A stretch of DNA of 64,000 bases, taken from positions 145,328,001 to 145,392,000 of the forward strand of contig NC_043000.1 of the NCBI RefSeq assembly GCF_006345805.1. The letters are read 5' to 3'. Of the stretch, positions 39,144 to 53,780 are shown in pieces. Each line of letters opens with the position of its first letter. Within the stretch, counting starts at the first letter, position 1. This stretch comes from Octopus sinensis. Lineage: Eukaryota. Made by a program: the position numbers and the translations under genes. Below the pieces are notes generated by a model that was not told where the DNA came from, ran no database searches, and saw only the letters and a list, made by a program, of their open reading frames with translations.

Positions 39144-39376
39144 TGTTTCTTTATTGCCCACAAGGGGCTAAACATAAAGGGGACAAACAAGGACAGACAA
39201 ACGGATTAAGTCGATTACATTGACCCTAGTGCGTAAGTGGTACTTAATTTATCGACTCCGAAAAGATGAAAGGCAAAGTCGACCTCGGCGGAATTTGAAC
39301 TCACAACGCAACGACAGACGCAATAACGCTAAGCATTTCGCCCGGCGTGCTAACGTTTCTGCCAGCTCGCCGCGTT
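39144..39376 (-). mobile_element. SINE family B with 18-bp TSD
   Basis: TSD taagcctcttattatatc at 39126-39143 and 39377-39394. Confidence 0.95.
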
Positions 39377-39569
39377 TAAGCCTCTTATTATATCGATTGG
39401 AAGTACATGTAGCTGATCCGAAACCATAGCAATAGTTATGCCAGTGATGTGTACTCTATAAACGGTGGGGCAATTTATACCAGACCAAAACGTAACATTT
39501 AACACGCTCTATTTTTAATTAGCTGTATTAAAGAAAATATAATGCAGTATTAAAGGTTATATTTAACGT

Positions 39570-39785
39570 GGTACAGCTGGCAGAAAAGTCAGCACGCCGG
39601 GAAATCTGCTGAGTGATATTTCATCAGCTTTTACCTCCTGAGTTCAAATTCCGCTGAGATCGGTTTTGCCTTCCATCCTTTCTGGATCTATAAAGTAAGT
39701 ACCAGCAAAGCATTAGGACCATTGAATCGACCTACCCCTCACCTAAAAATTGATGAGCTTGTACCAACATTTGAAATCAATATTA
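39570..39785 (+). mobile_element. Degenerate SINE family B, alternative tail
   Basis: agctggcagaaaag...gagttcaaattcc...ccatcctttc...aagtacc; tail cttgtaccaacatttgaaatcaatatt resembles the 1452 copy. Confidence 0.6.
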
Positions 39786-41615
39786 AAGAACACATAGTTG
39801 CTCGCTTTGGATTGGATACTTACAAATCGATAGATATAAAAAAATCATAAGGATTACAAATTGCTTTTCGACATGATTCGAACAGATGTCAGACTGAATT
39901 GGTCTTTATTTCTTTGTTCTTAGAGCTGCCAGTACAAATCCGGCGCTGGATAGAGACTTCACCTAAAATATGAATTTTAAAGATATTATAGTTTTACACT
40001 TTTCAGTCAACTTCCTATAATGCTTTTCGAATTTCGATATATTGTGAATCATCTCAGTGTGTTAGCTATAGCAATCATATGCCTCATTAGTTCCATGATG
40101 GCCTGTGTAATTGTAATTTTATGGTAGCAATTCCCACCATATTTGAGCTTGAGCTAATATTTAATTTGTGTGGGAGATGAGTGGCACAGAGAAAATAAGC
40201 AAGGAACTGGAAGATATAAATCAAACACAATATATGTTTATGCTTTCATCTGTTTTCCGAATACGCTGCTGTAGTTTCGGAATTAATATTGAGAGAATAT
40301 CTCACATCTCACTTTGGGCCAACGAAATTACCCACAAAAATAAAACCATATATAGGATAAAATAATACGGTCACACACATAGGCATTATAGGCATTGCAA
40401 ATTCAATATAAACATGTATCACTGTCACATCTATAAACGAAATAATATATGATGAAGCCGACTAGTTACAAATGAAAATGTGTTTTTGTGTGTTTTTACT
40501 TTTATGCTTATTCATAGAATTGTCCCAAAACTCAAATAAGCAGTATGGCAAAGTTCATATAGGGACAGAAATATAATAAAATTAATGAAATACATGAAAC
40601 GAAATAGAAATCACGGAAAAATGAAGGGTAGAAAGAACACAACAGAATTATATAAAACATTTTAACAGTATCGGAAACAAAAGAACGGAGAAAACGGAAA
40701 ATATTCCAACAATATAAAATGCGATAAATACTTCATTGAATGAAACAAACTACTGAAATTCAATGCGACATAATAAATATATCATATGGTTACATTATAA
40801 AATATATCATGTAACCACGCAGCACTAACAGCAAGTTTAAAACGGTCCGTTGGTAATATATGAGAATATCCATAAATGAGATGTTCCAACTGATATGTAC
40901 ATCACATGGAGAATATTGGGAGACAATAAAAGCACAATAAATATTACAGACATTATGAAAAGAGGGAAAAGAAGCTTCCAAATAAGGGGGTTAAATATTA
41001 TTAAGACCAGGTACATTCGTAAATAGGCCCCACAAAATTTTGTGAGAGCTCGAGATAACACACGTCTTGAACACTTTGGAAAAACCAACTTTACCTCAAG
41101 GCAAACGTACTAGCAACAACTGAAATTCATATACTCGTAGCATTCTTACATATAGCTTGTAAATTGAAAGTGGAATAATTGACAAAATGTAAATAATATA
41201 AAAACGTATTTCCAGAAGTATAGAATTTTATGATACCAAGGCTAATATAAAGGAACGACCGATTTCTGATTACGCTAATCATAAGCCAAAGCGAGTGGTT
41301 GTATGAGAAAAGCTTGCATTCATTACGACATGCTGAAGAAAATTCAATGCTAGAGAAATCTGGAAATGTTAACCATAACTTTAGTAGTACCAATAAGAAA
41401 GAGACACAGAATATGCAATGAGCAAATTCGGTATTTTCAGACCCAGTATAAATCTGAACAAATCTACTAAACTAAAATGATAGTCTATAGAGTACGCCTA
41501 CTAGTCATATCAAAACCTGGCGCTAACAACTTAAATCAACACATTAAACAAGACTGTAGCCAGAATCAAATGCTATAGAAAGAAAATCGACCAATTTGTG
41601 CAGGCAGGTTGAGAT

Positions 41616-41803
41616 AGGCGCAGGAGTGGCTGTGTGGTAAGTAGTTTGCTTACCAACCACATGTTTCCGGGTTCAGTCCCACTGCGTGGCATCTTGGGCA
41701 AGTGTCTTCTGCTATAGCGCCGGGCCGACCAATGCCTTGTGAGTGGATTAGGTAGACGGAAACTGAAAGAAGCTTGTCGTATATATGTATATATATATAT
41801 ATG

Positions 41804-41847
<44 letters not shown>

Positions 41848-42056
41848 TGTGTCTGTGTTTGTCCCCTTAGCATTGCTTGACAACCGATGCTGGTGTGTTT
41901 ACGTCCCCGTCACCTAGCGGTTCGGCAAAAGATACCGATAGAATAAGTACTGGGCTTACAAAGAATAAGTCCCGGGGTTGATTTGCTCGACTAAAGGTGG
42001 TGCTCCAGCATTGCCGCAGTCAAATGACTGAAACAAGTAAAAGAGTAAAGAGAGTA
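41616..42056 (+). mobile_element. SINE family A, full length
   Basis: Complete head, CORE-like cttgggcaagt, internal (AT)(GT) run and tail. Confidence 0.93.
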
Positions 42057-42519
42057 TGACTTCAGGATACAGGCGAATTAGACCGAATACATCCTTCCAA
42101 ATTATTTCGGACAATCAATTTCCAAAACTACAGTGTACGTACACAAAGAGAACACTTGAAAAATATGTTATAAATGTAATTCTTTACCATCTACCAGAGA
42201 TCTAAATGCAAACATAAGATCCCAGGTCACATTAAATTTTTGTACCAATAATAGCTTACGAGAATAATATCCTGAAGAGTATAATGCATGAATTAGATTT
42301 TCTAGACAAAAAAATAACAGGAGAAATAATGAATGAATTTCGAATGCTGAATGATAATTTTCATTTATAAAACAAGCATGACATTATAATTATACAAATA
42401 AATGGAATATAAGATATTTACTGTAGAACGAAAAATATAACTAGTTAATGTTAATGAAGAAATAATATAAATAACTATAACACGAATAAGACGTTTCTGT
42501 TTGCCAGGAATAAGGAAAG

Positions 42520-42880
42520 AAATCGAAGTTGCTAGGTAATGAAACACACAGAACTACTTTTATACGTCCAATACACGAACTGAACAGGGAAACATAGAAA
42601 TTGGAAGAATTTGGAGTATGAAAACTGTAAAGGTAATGCCTATAATAATTGGTGCGTTGAGAACAGTGAGAAACGATATATACAAATGTCTGAGGAAGAT
42701 TGAATAGGACGCTCCTTAGGGCGCCTAAAGAAAGTTTGTCTCTTAGGGACAGCAAAAATTATCAGGAGGGATCTAAGTGCTTGAGAGGCAACTTAAAACT
42801 TGTGACTACTTAAGGTTACAGGTAGTAACCCGCCACCCACATGCAACCTACAGGAAATCAACTTGAACCAGAGTCAAACC
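42520..42880 (+). mobile_element. Dong/R4 RLE C-terminus and 3' UTR
   Basis: EIGRIWSMKTVKVMPIIIGALRTV...LGTAKIIRRDL; followed by a (GAA) array. Confidence 0.7.
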
Positions 42881-43079
42881 AGAAGAAGAAGGAGGAGGAG
42901 GAGGAGGAGAAGAAGAACAAGAAGAAGTAGAAGGAGAAGGAGAAGAAGAAGAAGAAGAAGAAGAAGAAGAATGTTGATGTTGATGATGGTGATGGTAGTG
43001 GTGGTCGTGGTAGAGACGGCGGCCGCGGCGGCAGCAGCGGCAACAGCGGCAGAAGCAGCAGTAGCAGCAGTAGTAGTAA

Positions 43080-43142
<63 letters not shown>

Positions 43143-43190
43143 AGAGAAGAAGAAGACGAAGAAGAAGAGTGAGAAGAAGAAAGAGATATA
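42880..43190. repeat. Compound trinucleotide microsatellite (GAA/GAT/GCA/GTA)
   Basis: Read directly; source of poly-R/V/Y/S ORFs. Confidence 0.95.
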
Positions 43191-43459
43191 TACCACATAA
43201 GAGCAACGAACTTCTGCTGAATGTGCAGGAGGAGGGTCGAAGGAGTGACTCACATAGTTTGTGCTTGTGAAAGCAGACACGACAAGTTAGTGCAAAACAT
43301 TCATAGAAAAGCCACAATGCCTGAAATCCTGTGGAGAGTGAACTAGTCGATTAGTTCGACCCCATTACGTAACCCGTACTTATTTTATCGATCCCAAAGA
43401 CTAACAAAATACCTCTCAGCATTTTTCCGGCGTGCTAACGATTTTGCCAGCTTCGATCT

Positions 43460-43858
43460 TAACTGATCGGAATGTTACCATGTATATGGATTGTCCCGGT
43501 GTAAAATATTCTGCTCAAGATCACAGATTTCTTTGTCGGCTTTTGACCTTAACCAAAGAAGAATTCTATGGGCTTTGGATAATTCCTCTCAGGGAACATG
43601 GATGTTTCGTTCAACATCCTTAAACAACCCTTATGCAGTGACTATTTGAGTCGGAAATGCTACTCAACTTGAAAAAAAAATTGTAACTACGCCCTACCTA
43701 CAAGGTCATGCTCCATTTGTCTTCATATGAAATCACCATGTCGAGCACATACGCTTGTGACGCATGTACCTTGTGTATAATTATGGGACGGATAGTTATA
43801 TTGAGTATATTGCGCTTCGTATATTTGTACCCCAGTGTCACTTTGATGGCATGAGCTA
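43460..43858 (+). mobile_element. Repeat family D, deleted copy
   Basis: aaatattctgctcaa, gtttcgttcaacatccttaaacaacc, ccccagtgtcactttgatggcatg; ends in (CT)n. Confidence 0.65.
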
Positions 43859-45699
43859 CTCTCTCTCTCTCTCTCTCTCGCCCTCACTCTACCTCTCACT
43901 TGCACTCTCTCTCGCTCTCGCTCTGTCTCTCACTCTCTCTTTCTCTGTCTCTCAATGAATAAATATATAATAATATTAATGGTTTCAAAGTTTGGCACAA
44001 ATGGTAGTAATTTCATAGAAGGTTTAGTGCGCACGGAGTGTTCCCCTGTACTTAGTTTATCGACGCCGAAATGATGGAAAGCCCAATCGGTCTAAGCAGA
44101 ATATGCACTAAACATTCTTTTCCGATGTACCAAGAATTCTGTCAATAACTGTATGGTTTAGGCACAACACGGAGTGTGCATGTCTTCAGAATTTTGATTT
44201 GATTGCCAAATGCTATATGCAGACACATTTTATTTAAATTTATGCAGTAAATTAATATCATATAAAGAGAAGTAAATTTACATTGTGGTTTTGAACAGAA
44301 CGTAAATGCAATTTTCCTTTTTGATTTCAAACTATAATGATTGACATGTACATACAACAATGTCTAACTTATCTAATTTAGATCATTAAATATTTCAAGG
44401 CTTACAATATTACTGAAGGAATTTAGTTCATGAGTGGCAGAGATACTGGCAATGATTCATTATTTATTTCTTCGGTGTATTTCTACTGTTGAAGATCTTT
44501 AGTATACTATGTCGATTTTGGAAAATGCACTTGTCTATAGTTAGACTGTACACATGATGCCTGGCATCTGTACATTGCATGTGAGCGGAATCTTAATTAT
44601 ACGTAAGATAATTAATCTACTTTACTGCATTTGCGCTATGTTATATACGGAAATAGGTACTTAGATATAATTAATTTATAGTAATTATTTCGGTAACCAG
44701 ATTTGAACTAGTTGATTCCTAAAGAGATAGTCCATCTTCAGTAGGAAAGAATAAGATTGATCGACACATACTGATAATTATATTTGCAGATCCCCGAGTA
44801 AGATAAAGTTGCAAAAGGATACCTTTGAATGGTGAAACATAAAAAAAGTACAAACAAATTGTGAAAGAAATTATTGATATCAAATTTGACACAAAGTCAG
44901 CAATTTCGTGGTTTGGGTAAGGCAATTACATCTAGTTGAGTATTCAAATTTTATTTATTTTATCGAATTGAAGGTTAAATGACAAGGTCGACCTTTACAG
45001 AATTTAAACTCAGAACGTAAAAACGCTGAGCATTTGTACATGATGTGCTGACATTTCTGATAATTTTGCCAGCTCGCTGTCTTAAATTTTGAAAAGAAAT
45101 TATACCGACACGATTCTGTTTTAAAAACGACAATAAAAGAAAATGTTTCAAACATAAGCACAAATCCAGTATTTAAGACAGGTAACAGTGCTTCAGATTC
45201 ATGGCAAAAATTCACAATAAGAATATCGCATACGGTGGAATATCAATGCTACGGGTCAGTTAATAACAAGTAATGAAAACTCATTTCTGCCGTTCTAGTG
45301 ATACAAGATAACATTTCTCAAGCAGACACAAATTTACACATGAAAATGATTGTTCTATTCACTGTTGATAATTTATTGATAACAACTATGGCAGAGTTTG
45401 ATCGAAATGGATAATTTCAGTGCAAAAGAAGCTAAATAATTTTTTAGGTCTTTTTTTTTCCCTTTTTTTTTTTTGTCCACATCAGAGGCACGACAACAAA
45501 AGTATTTTACAAAGACAAAAGTGAGGAAAGCCGCTTTGCAATAACAATAGGTGAAATATTCCGAAAATAATGAAATGAAACGTATATATTAACCAATAAT
45601 TAAAACAGGATATAAAGGAAAGAAAATTACAGAACCACAGATTTTGCTTTTGTATTTTTGTTGCAATAACCCACACGTGAAATTATTGGATAGGCAGCC

Positions 45700-46830
45700 C
45701 AAAGGCAGCGTCATGTTCTTTTCCACTCCACAGGACTTCTGCTGCTGTCTCGGGCATTAAGACTTGCTCACACAATTATTTTAAGTGAATTGATGTAGAT
45801 AACAAACCAGGATAACACTGTGTAAGTTTATTGTCACATCTATGTGCTTGTTTTTTTACCAACAACTTGACATTCGCGTATCTCTGTGAGAACGCAATTG
45901 TGCCTCCGTATGTTTTACACTACCGGAATATCTGTGATACCTAATAGATAAGACGTTTTGTTTATAAGCTCGTTAAGCTTCGAAGGATCGCGGAACCCAG
46001 TTCATAGTTCCTTTAGTCATCGTTTTCCTTATTACTCTCAGAAGGCACATCATTTTTATTCTGGTGTATTTGTTCCTTTTCATCCATTTCTTGTTTTTAT
46101 ATTGTTTCCAGTTTATGATCATGTCTGGTATTTTTTATTCACTTGATAGTTCAGTTACTTTCCTCCTCTAATAAAGTAATCTCATTATAACTCTAAAACT
46201 AGATATGCCAGGGTGTGCTCTCGGGTGCGTCCTGAAACGGGCATTCCTAAAGTTGTGGGTTATTTACATCTGAGAACCGTGAGTAGCTGGTCTCTTTCCT
46301 GCATCGGTTTTTCTCCTTTGCATTTCTTTCTCTGTCATTCTTACTTTTTACAGTTTTTCAGAAATATGCCATTAGTTGGTTCGTACCACGACAAAACTTG
46401 CAGCTTAGCCCACGATATTAGTTTCATTATCTTTATCACGGCATCTTCAGAGAACCACAGCTTTGATGTGACATTGTTATTTGTGGTCAGTTACGACGTG
46501 TAAATCCATTTTCATATCCCTGGTCACATTTCGTCTTTTGTCAGCTCTGCTTTAGATACGCACACATAATTTGATTAAAAGGAAGTCTGCTTGCGGACCC
46601 ACATCGTCACCATATCTTATCGTAAACTGCTCATTTCACAGTCCATACTAGAATACAATTTTGTGGGTGGAGAAATATGTTTTTCAGCAACAGCTAGAGC
46701 CGTGTTTTCGTTCTTGAATGTACAGTAGCCGGTTGTATATCATTTTACTCCATCTCTTAAGCAAAATTCCTCCCGAAATTTCATGTAAGACTTCTAACTG
46801 CTGTTTCAACAGTAATTCAAAACAATCATC
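45700..46830 (-). mobile_element. Possible very old RTE-clade LINE remnant
   Basis: Frameshifted AEVLxRWKEH-like motif and APE-like fragments on the reverse strand; weak. Confidence 0.3.
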
Positions 46831-47519
46831 GTTTTTAATGCACGGCTATATTATCATCATCGTTGTCGTCGTTGTCGACGTCTTCATAGACCTGCTCCCC
46901 CTCCTCCACCTTCCACTCCTCCTCCTCCTCCTCCTCTACCTCCTCCTAAATATCATCATCAACATTATCAGTATTCTCTTTATTTGTTAGGTCCTGCGAC
47001 TAAAACACACTGTTTCTACAAACTTCCCACAGTTATTTTTTCATCCTCCAGGGAAGGCTGTCAAATAAAAAATATACCTTGTTTCAACAGACGCAAAACT
47101 AACTTCTATATGAAGTACGTCCATATGAAGGCTTCGACTCGTTGCCTTTCATTGAGCATTGTTTTTGCAGATGTAATGAAACAAATATGTTTTTCGTTTT
47201 TTTTTTCTTGTATTAGGTGAATGTTATTTCGTTCATTTTGTTCAGGCTGAGTTACGATTCGATATTTTGGTTGTCACAATCGTCTTTTAGTGAATATTTT
47301 ACTTTGTATGGTGGGTGTCTTCGGTAGCTGTGTGAAGTAAGCAACGTGGTAAAAAATATAAGAACAAACAAAAGAGAATTATTTTGTGTGTGTGCGTGTG
47401 TGTGTGTATGTGTGTGTGTATCCCGGCCTCGAGTAAGGAAAATCCTGCTTGCAAGTGCTCGAAGAATTTTTCATTTGATAATACGTGGAATAAAAGCGCA
47501 TCTCCTTGAGACTTACAGC

Positions 47520-47585
47520 GACAATAAATACATAACGATGATGATGATGATGATGATGATGACGACGACGACGGCGACGACGATG

Positions 47586-47658
<73 letters not shown>

Positions 47659-48511
47659 CAACAGCAACATCAAAAACTAAAACAACAGCAATTGCGATAA
47701 TAATAAAAGTTATAATTATGACAATAATAACAATGATAGAACAATTATGCATTTTTAGCCTTATTTCTTTTCTGAATGTCGCTTTCTTTTCGATTTCTAT
47801 TATTGTATTTTATGTTACTAACTAGAACGGACCTATCACATTGCCTAGGGCAAAAAAACTGAAAAGAAAATTTAAAAAAAAAAAACAAGTGTATAAATAC
47901 ATAGTACCGAACCGACATGATTGCATGAACTGAAAATATTGTCCCAAAATAACTTTCGAAATAATAAAACGATTGCAATTTCAAGACGTAGTAATTAGAA
48001 TTGATAAATATATAACAAAATTTCAAAAAAAAAAAAAACAGTAAATAAGCATTAAAAATCTCAAAAAATATAAAAACCTGAAAATGAAATGGAACATGAA
48101 ATGAAGAGAAAAATCAAATATAAAATAAAATTGAAAAAATAAATATAAAAATAAAGTATACAAATCATGAAACAAAACTATCTTTGGCTATTAATTCCTG
48201 AAAGTAAGAGTTGACTGTTTTCATTGGGAATTGTATTGTTAACCATATCATAATTAGTGGTGATTGTGCTACGCATGTAAATGGACATTAGGATAGTGAT
48301 GGAAGTGATACAATTTGATGCTGCAGATTCTGCTCTTTCTTAAATGATAACCACACAAGCGAGGGAGGGAGAAGGGCAGGTTGCTATAAAATTTCAAAAG
48401 GGGGGTGGGGGAAATTTTGTTATACATTCAGAAAACAACAAAAAAAAATACGTTGAGGAATGTATACATGACCATGAAGTTGTAGAAACGTGCTTGCCGA
48501 AATGATGATGG

Positions 48512-48562
<51 letters not shown>

Positions 48563-48659
48563 CGACGACGATTAGGATGATGATAATAATAATAATAATT
48601 ATAACAATAATAATGATAACAATAAAAAACACAACAACAACAATAATAATATAATAATA

Positions 48660-48745
<86 letters not shown>

Positions 48746-49598
48746 CAACAACAGCAACATCAAAAACTAAAACAACAGCAATTGCGATAATAATAAAAGT
48801 TATAATTATGACAATAATAACAATGATAGAACAATTATGCATTTTTAGCCTTATTTCTTTTCTGAATGTCGCTTTCTTTTCGATTTCTATTATTGTATTT
48901 TATGTTACTAACTAGAACGGACCTATCACATTGCCTAGGGCAAAAAAACTGAAAAGAAAATTTAAAAAAAAAAAACAAGTGTATAAATACATAGTACCGA
49001 ACCGAACATGATTGCATGAACTGAAAATATTGTCCCAAAATAACTTTCGAAATAATAAAACGATTGCAATTTCAAGACGTAGTAATTAGAATTGATAAAT
49101 ATATAACAAAATTTCAAAAAAAAAAAAAACAGTAAATAAGCATTAAAAATCTCAAAAAATATAAAAACCTGAAAATGAAATGGAACATGAAATGAAGAGA
49201 AAAATCAAATATTAAAATAAAATTGAAAAAATAAATATAAAAATAAAGTATACAAATCATGAAACAAAACTATCTTTGGCTATTAATTCCTGAAAGTAAG
49301 AGTTGACTGTTTTCATTGGGAATTGTATTGTTAACCATATCATAATTAGTGGTGATTGTGCTACGCATGTAAATGGACATTAGGATAGTGATGGAAGTGA
49401 TACAATTTGATGCTGCAGATTCTGCTCTTTCTTAAATGATAACCACACAAGCGAGGAGGGAGAAGGGCAGGTTGCTATAAAATTTCAAAAGGGGTGGGGG
49501 AAATTTTGTTATACATTCAGAAACAACAAAAAAAAATACGTTGAGGAATGTATACATGACCATGAAGTTGTAGAACGTGCTTGCCGAAATGATGATGG

Positions 49599-49655
<57 letters not shown>

Positions 49656-49700
49656 CAACGACGATTAGGATGATGATAATAATAATAATAATTATAACAA
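47520..49700. repeat. Tandem duplication, 1090-bp offset
   Basis: acagcaacatcaaaaactaa at 47661 and 48751; copies differ mainly by single-base homopolymer indels; bounded by (GAT)/(AAT) arrays. Confidence 0.95.
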
Positions 49701-49734
49701 TAATAATGATAACAATAAAAAACACAACAACAAC

Positions 49735-49778
<44 letters not shown>

Positions 49779-49779
49779 G

Positions 49780-50285
49780 TAACCAGGCTGCAGAGGATTG
49801 CGGTCGCCATCGGAAGATACCATAGGTGAGCCCGGTAGTGGGTATATATATACTTAGAGATTTTTGAGCTGGATGACGTTTTACAAAGACAAATGAGAGT
49901 CAAGGTCAGTGGGGCATATCAAAAAAAGGTGAATTTGTTGTTGATATCAAACACGAATACTAAAACTTTTATTACTGCAATGAATATCTAGGCAGTTGCA
50001 GGTAGGGAATGAGGAAGTAAGAAAAGTCGATAGATATGATAGGTTTGCTTCGGAAGTTAAGCAGTTGTGGTCGCTGAAAAGTGGTAGTAGTACCAATAAT
50101 TGTCGGAGCCCAGGGAACGGTGTGTAAAAATCTTGAGAACTAGATGGAACAAATAGGGGCTGTAATGAGGGTGGGGCACTTGTAGAAAAGAGCACTAATT
50201 GGAACCGCTCGATTACACCTGATTGTGCTCGGAATATAAGTAGTGTTACCTTAGTTCTACGTTAGAAGTTGTGCAAAGACAATAA
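49780..50285 (+). mobile_element. Dong/R4 RLE remnant within (AAT)n
   Basis: EEVRKVDRYDRFASEVKQLWSL, VVPIIVGAQGTVCKNLEN, ALIGTAR; same subfamily as the 30180-30410 piece. Confidence 0.7.
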
Positions 50286-50309
50286 AATAATAATAATAAT
50301 AGTAATAAC

Positions 50310-50344
<35 letters not shown>

Positions 50345-50653
50345 TAGTAATAATAATAATGATAATAATAATACTAATAATCATAATAATAATGATGATG
50401 ATGATGAGAAGAGGGAGAAGGAGTGGGAAGAGAAAGGAGAGAGAGTGGAGGAGGGAGGATGGTACGACGAGCCAATATAATAATAATGATGATTATGATG
50501 ATGATGTTTATGACGGTGATGATTAGAAGAATAATACTACAGAGAAGAGGAAGAAGAGAAGAAAAAAGATGATGATGAAAAAGGAGAAGAAGAAGAAGAA
50601 GAAGAGAAGAAGAAGAAGAAGAAGAGAAGAAGAAGAAGAAGAAAGAAGAAGAA

Positions 50654-50685
<32 letters not shown>

Positions 50686-51087
50686 AGAGGAAGAAGAGGA
50701 AGAATAAGAAGAATAAGATGAAGAAAAAGAAGGAGAAGAAGAGGAACAACAAAAACAAGAACAAAGAAATTTAGACTAAAAATGGAGTGTATTTGAAAAC
50801 ATTACTATTTGTGGTAATTATGAAGGACACCTTTGATAATGAATATATAGGGTAATTAAAAAAGGAGACGTAGAAAAAAGAAAGAGGATGAATTGCTGAT
50901 GCAGTGAAGGATGACAATGACGCTGGTGATTTTGATTAGGAGGGAGAGGAAGAGGATAAAATACTAGGGAAAGAAGAAGAAGAAGAAGAAGAAGAAGAAG
51001 AAGGAGGAGGAGGAGGATGAGGAGAAGAAGAAGAAGAAGAAGAAGAAGAAGAAGAAGAAGAAGAAGAAGAAGAAGAAGAAGAAGAAG

Positions 51088-51119
<32 letters not shown>

Positions 51120-51130
51120 GACGAAGAAGA
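50286..51130. repeat. Compound (AAT)/(GAT)/(GAA) microsatellite field
   Basis: Read directly. Confidence 0.95.
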
Positions 51131-51436
51131 AAGAGAGGAATTCACTGGAGTTTGAATAATTCACATCAGGAAATATGGTTGTTTCGTTCATCATCCTTAA
51201 ACAAACCTCATTCAGTGATATTCTGAGCTGGATCGGGTCCTCAACTTGAGGATAATTATAACTGGGCGTCATCTGCAAAGTAATGCGCTGTATATCTTGA
51301 TATAAGATCGTCATGTCGCGAAGATATGGTTATAATGCATGCGCCTGGAATATCATTATCAAACGGGTAGCTACGATGGGCCCCAGTGTCACATTAATTC
51401 CTTGCGCTTGTCTTTCACGCAGTAACAAAGATGATA

Positions 51437-51492
<56 letters not shown>

Positions 51493-51529
51493 TAATAATA
51501 ATAATAATAATAATATTCACAGACATGAC

Positions 51530-52078
51530 AGAGTTGGGACCTACATACATTGAAAAAAGATGGTATAGGCACACACAGAAAAAAGATTGTATAGGCACAC
51601 ACCAGAAAAGGTCACAGAAATCGAAGAAGCAACCATACTCTGGGATATGCACATACACACAGATAGGAAGAAATTAAGGCAATAGACCAGATATAGTTGT
51701 CAGAGATCATGAAGAAAAAAAGTTTTCTATTGATGTATCAATACCAGCTGATGACAACGTGTCTCTAAGAAATGGAGAAACTTTCAAAATACAAAGACCT
51801 GGAAATGAGAGGTAACCAGGAATGTGGAATCTAAAAACAGAAACAATTCCTATCATAGTAGGTGCATTAGGCATGATAAAAATATATCAGACAAATACAT
51901 AACAAAAACACCAGGACTTAGAAACACATATAACATACAGAAAATTGCACTACTAGGACACTGCACACAATCCTACGCAGAACACTTTCCATACGATAAT
52001 TATCAGAGCATCACAACAAATTATAGCACATACCTAAGGCACACAGAGCTGCGCTCGGTAGTGAAGTGTGAAAGCACG
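51530..52078 (+). mobile_element. Dong/R4 3' end (RLE domain)
   Basis: With indels: YRHTPEKVTE...TILWDM, RPDIVVRD, IDVSIPADDNVSL, PIIVGALG, IQKIALLG. Confidence 0.85.
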
Positions 52079-52178
52079 NNNNNNNNNNNNNNNNNNNNNN
52101 NNNNNNNNNNNNNNNNNNNNNNNNNNNNNNNNNNNNNNNNNNNNNNNNNNNNNNNNNNNNNNNNNNNNNNNNNNNNNN
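52079..52178. other. Assembly gap (100 N)
   Basis: Run of N. Confidence 1.
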
Positions 52179-52536
52179 CGAAAAGAAGAAGAAGAAAAGA
52201 AGAAGTAGACTGAAGAAGAAAGAGAGGAATTCACTGGAGTTTGAATAATTCACATCAGGAAATATGGGTTGTTTCGTTCATCATCCTTAAACAAACCTCA
52301 TTCAGTGATATTCTGAGCTGGATCGGGTCCTCAACTTGAGGATATTATAACTGGGCGTCATCTGCAAAGTAATGCGCTGTATATCTTGATATAAGATCGT
52401 CATGTCGCGAAGATATGGTTTTAGAATGCATGCGCCTGGAATATCATTATCAAACGGGTAGCTACGATGGGCCCAGTGTCCACATTAATTCCTTGCGCTT
52501 GTCTTTCACGCAGTAACAAAGATGATAATAATATAC

Positions 52537-52587
<51 letters not shown>

Positions 52588-52609
52588 TAATAATAATAAT
52601 ATAATATTC

Positions 52610-53180
52610 ACAGACATGACAGAGTTTGGGACCTACATACATTGAAAAAAGATGGTATAGGCACACACAGACAAAGAGATTGTATAGGCACACACCAGAA
52701 AAGGTCACAGAAATCGAGAAGCAACCATACTCTGGGATATGCACATACCACAGATAGAGAAATTAAGGCCAACAGACCAGATTAGTTGTCAGAGACATGA
52801 AGAAAAAATGTTTTCTAATTGATGTATCAATACCAGCTGATGACAACGTGTCTCTAAACAGAAATGGAGAAACTTTCAAAATACAAAGACCTGGAAATAG
52901 AGTAACCAGAATGTGGAATCTAAAACAGAAACAATTCTATCATAGTAGGTGCATTAGGCATGATAAAAATATTTCAGACAAATACATAACAAAAACCCCA
53001 GGACTTAGAACACATATATACATACAGAAAATTGCACTACTAGGCACTGCACACAGCCTACGCAGAACCACTTTCCATACGATAATTATCAGAGCATCAC
53101 ACAAATTATAGCACATACCTAAGGCCCACAGAGCTGCGCTCGGTAGTGAAGTGAAAGCACGCTATAAAAATAAAACTCAC
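52610..53180 (+). mobile_element. Dong/R4 3' end, duplicate of 51530-52078
   Basis: KKCFLIDVSIPADDNVSL, IQKIALLGTAH; followed by (AAT)n. Confidence 0.85.
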
Positions 53181-53205
53181 TGAATAGTAATAATAATAAT
53201 AATAA

Positions 53206-53239
<34 letters not shown>

Positions 53240-53287
53240 TAATAATAATAATAATAAATAATATAATATGATGATAATAAAATAATA

Positions 53288-53342
<55 letters not shown>

Positions 53343-53745
53343 TAACAACGCATCAAGAATAATAATAATAAATGTATTAACTTGTGCATCACACGTGTTG
53401 AGAAGAGTATTGCCATTGCGAATAGTCTTTCCTTTTTTGCCCTTTATTCAATTTAGTTACTTTTATATTTTATAGTTTTCATTTTCCTTTCTGTCTCTCT
53501 TCTCCTTTTTTCTATCACATGGCCTTGTGATTATTTGATGTGATTATTTTAATGACCTACAAACGTATACGGTACATGTCTCTGGCTTAGTTGTCAGCAA
53601 GTCACTCGACAAGTAGAGGAAACAATTGGAAGAAGACAATAATAATAATAATAATAATAATAATGATAATAATAATAATGATAATAATAATAATAATATT
53701 AATAATAATAATGATGATGATGATGATGATGATGATGACGATGAC

Positions 53746-53780
<35 letters not shown>

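Noticed and set aside
40900-42500. A single old Dong/R4 element spanning the 41616 SINE
   Set aside because: Only vague motif-like fragments; not enough to call beyond 42520-42880.
45734-45821. 88-nt exon with very strong splice signals (ccacag / gtaagt)
   Set aside because: Stops in all three frames and it lies in a probable antisense RTE remnant; at most a cryptic non-coding exon.
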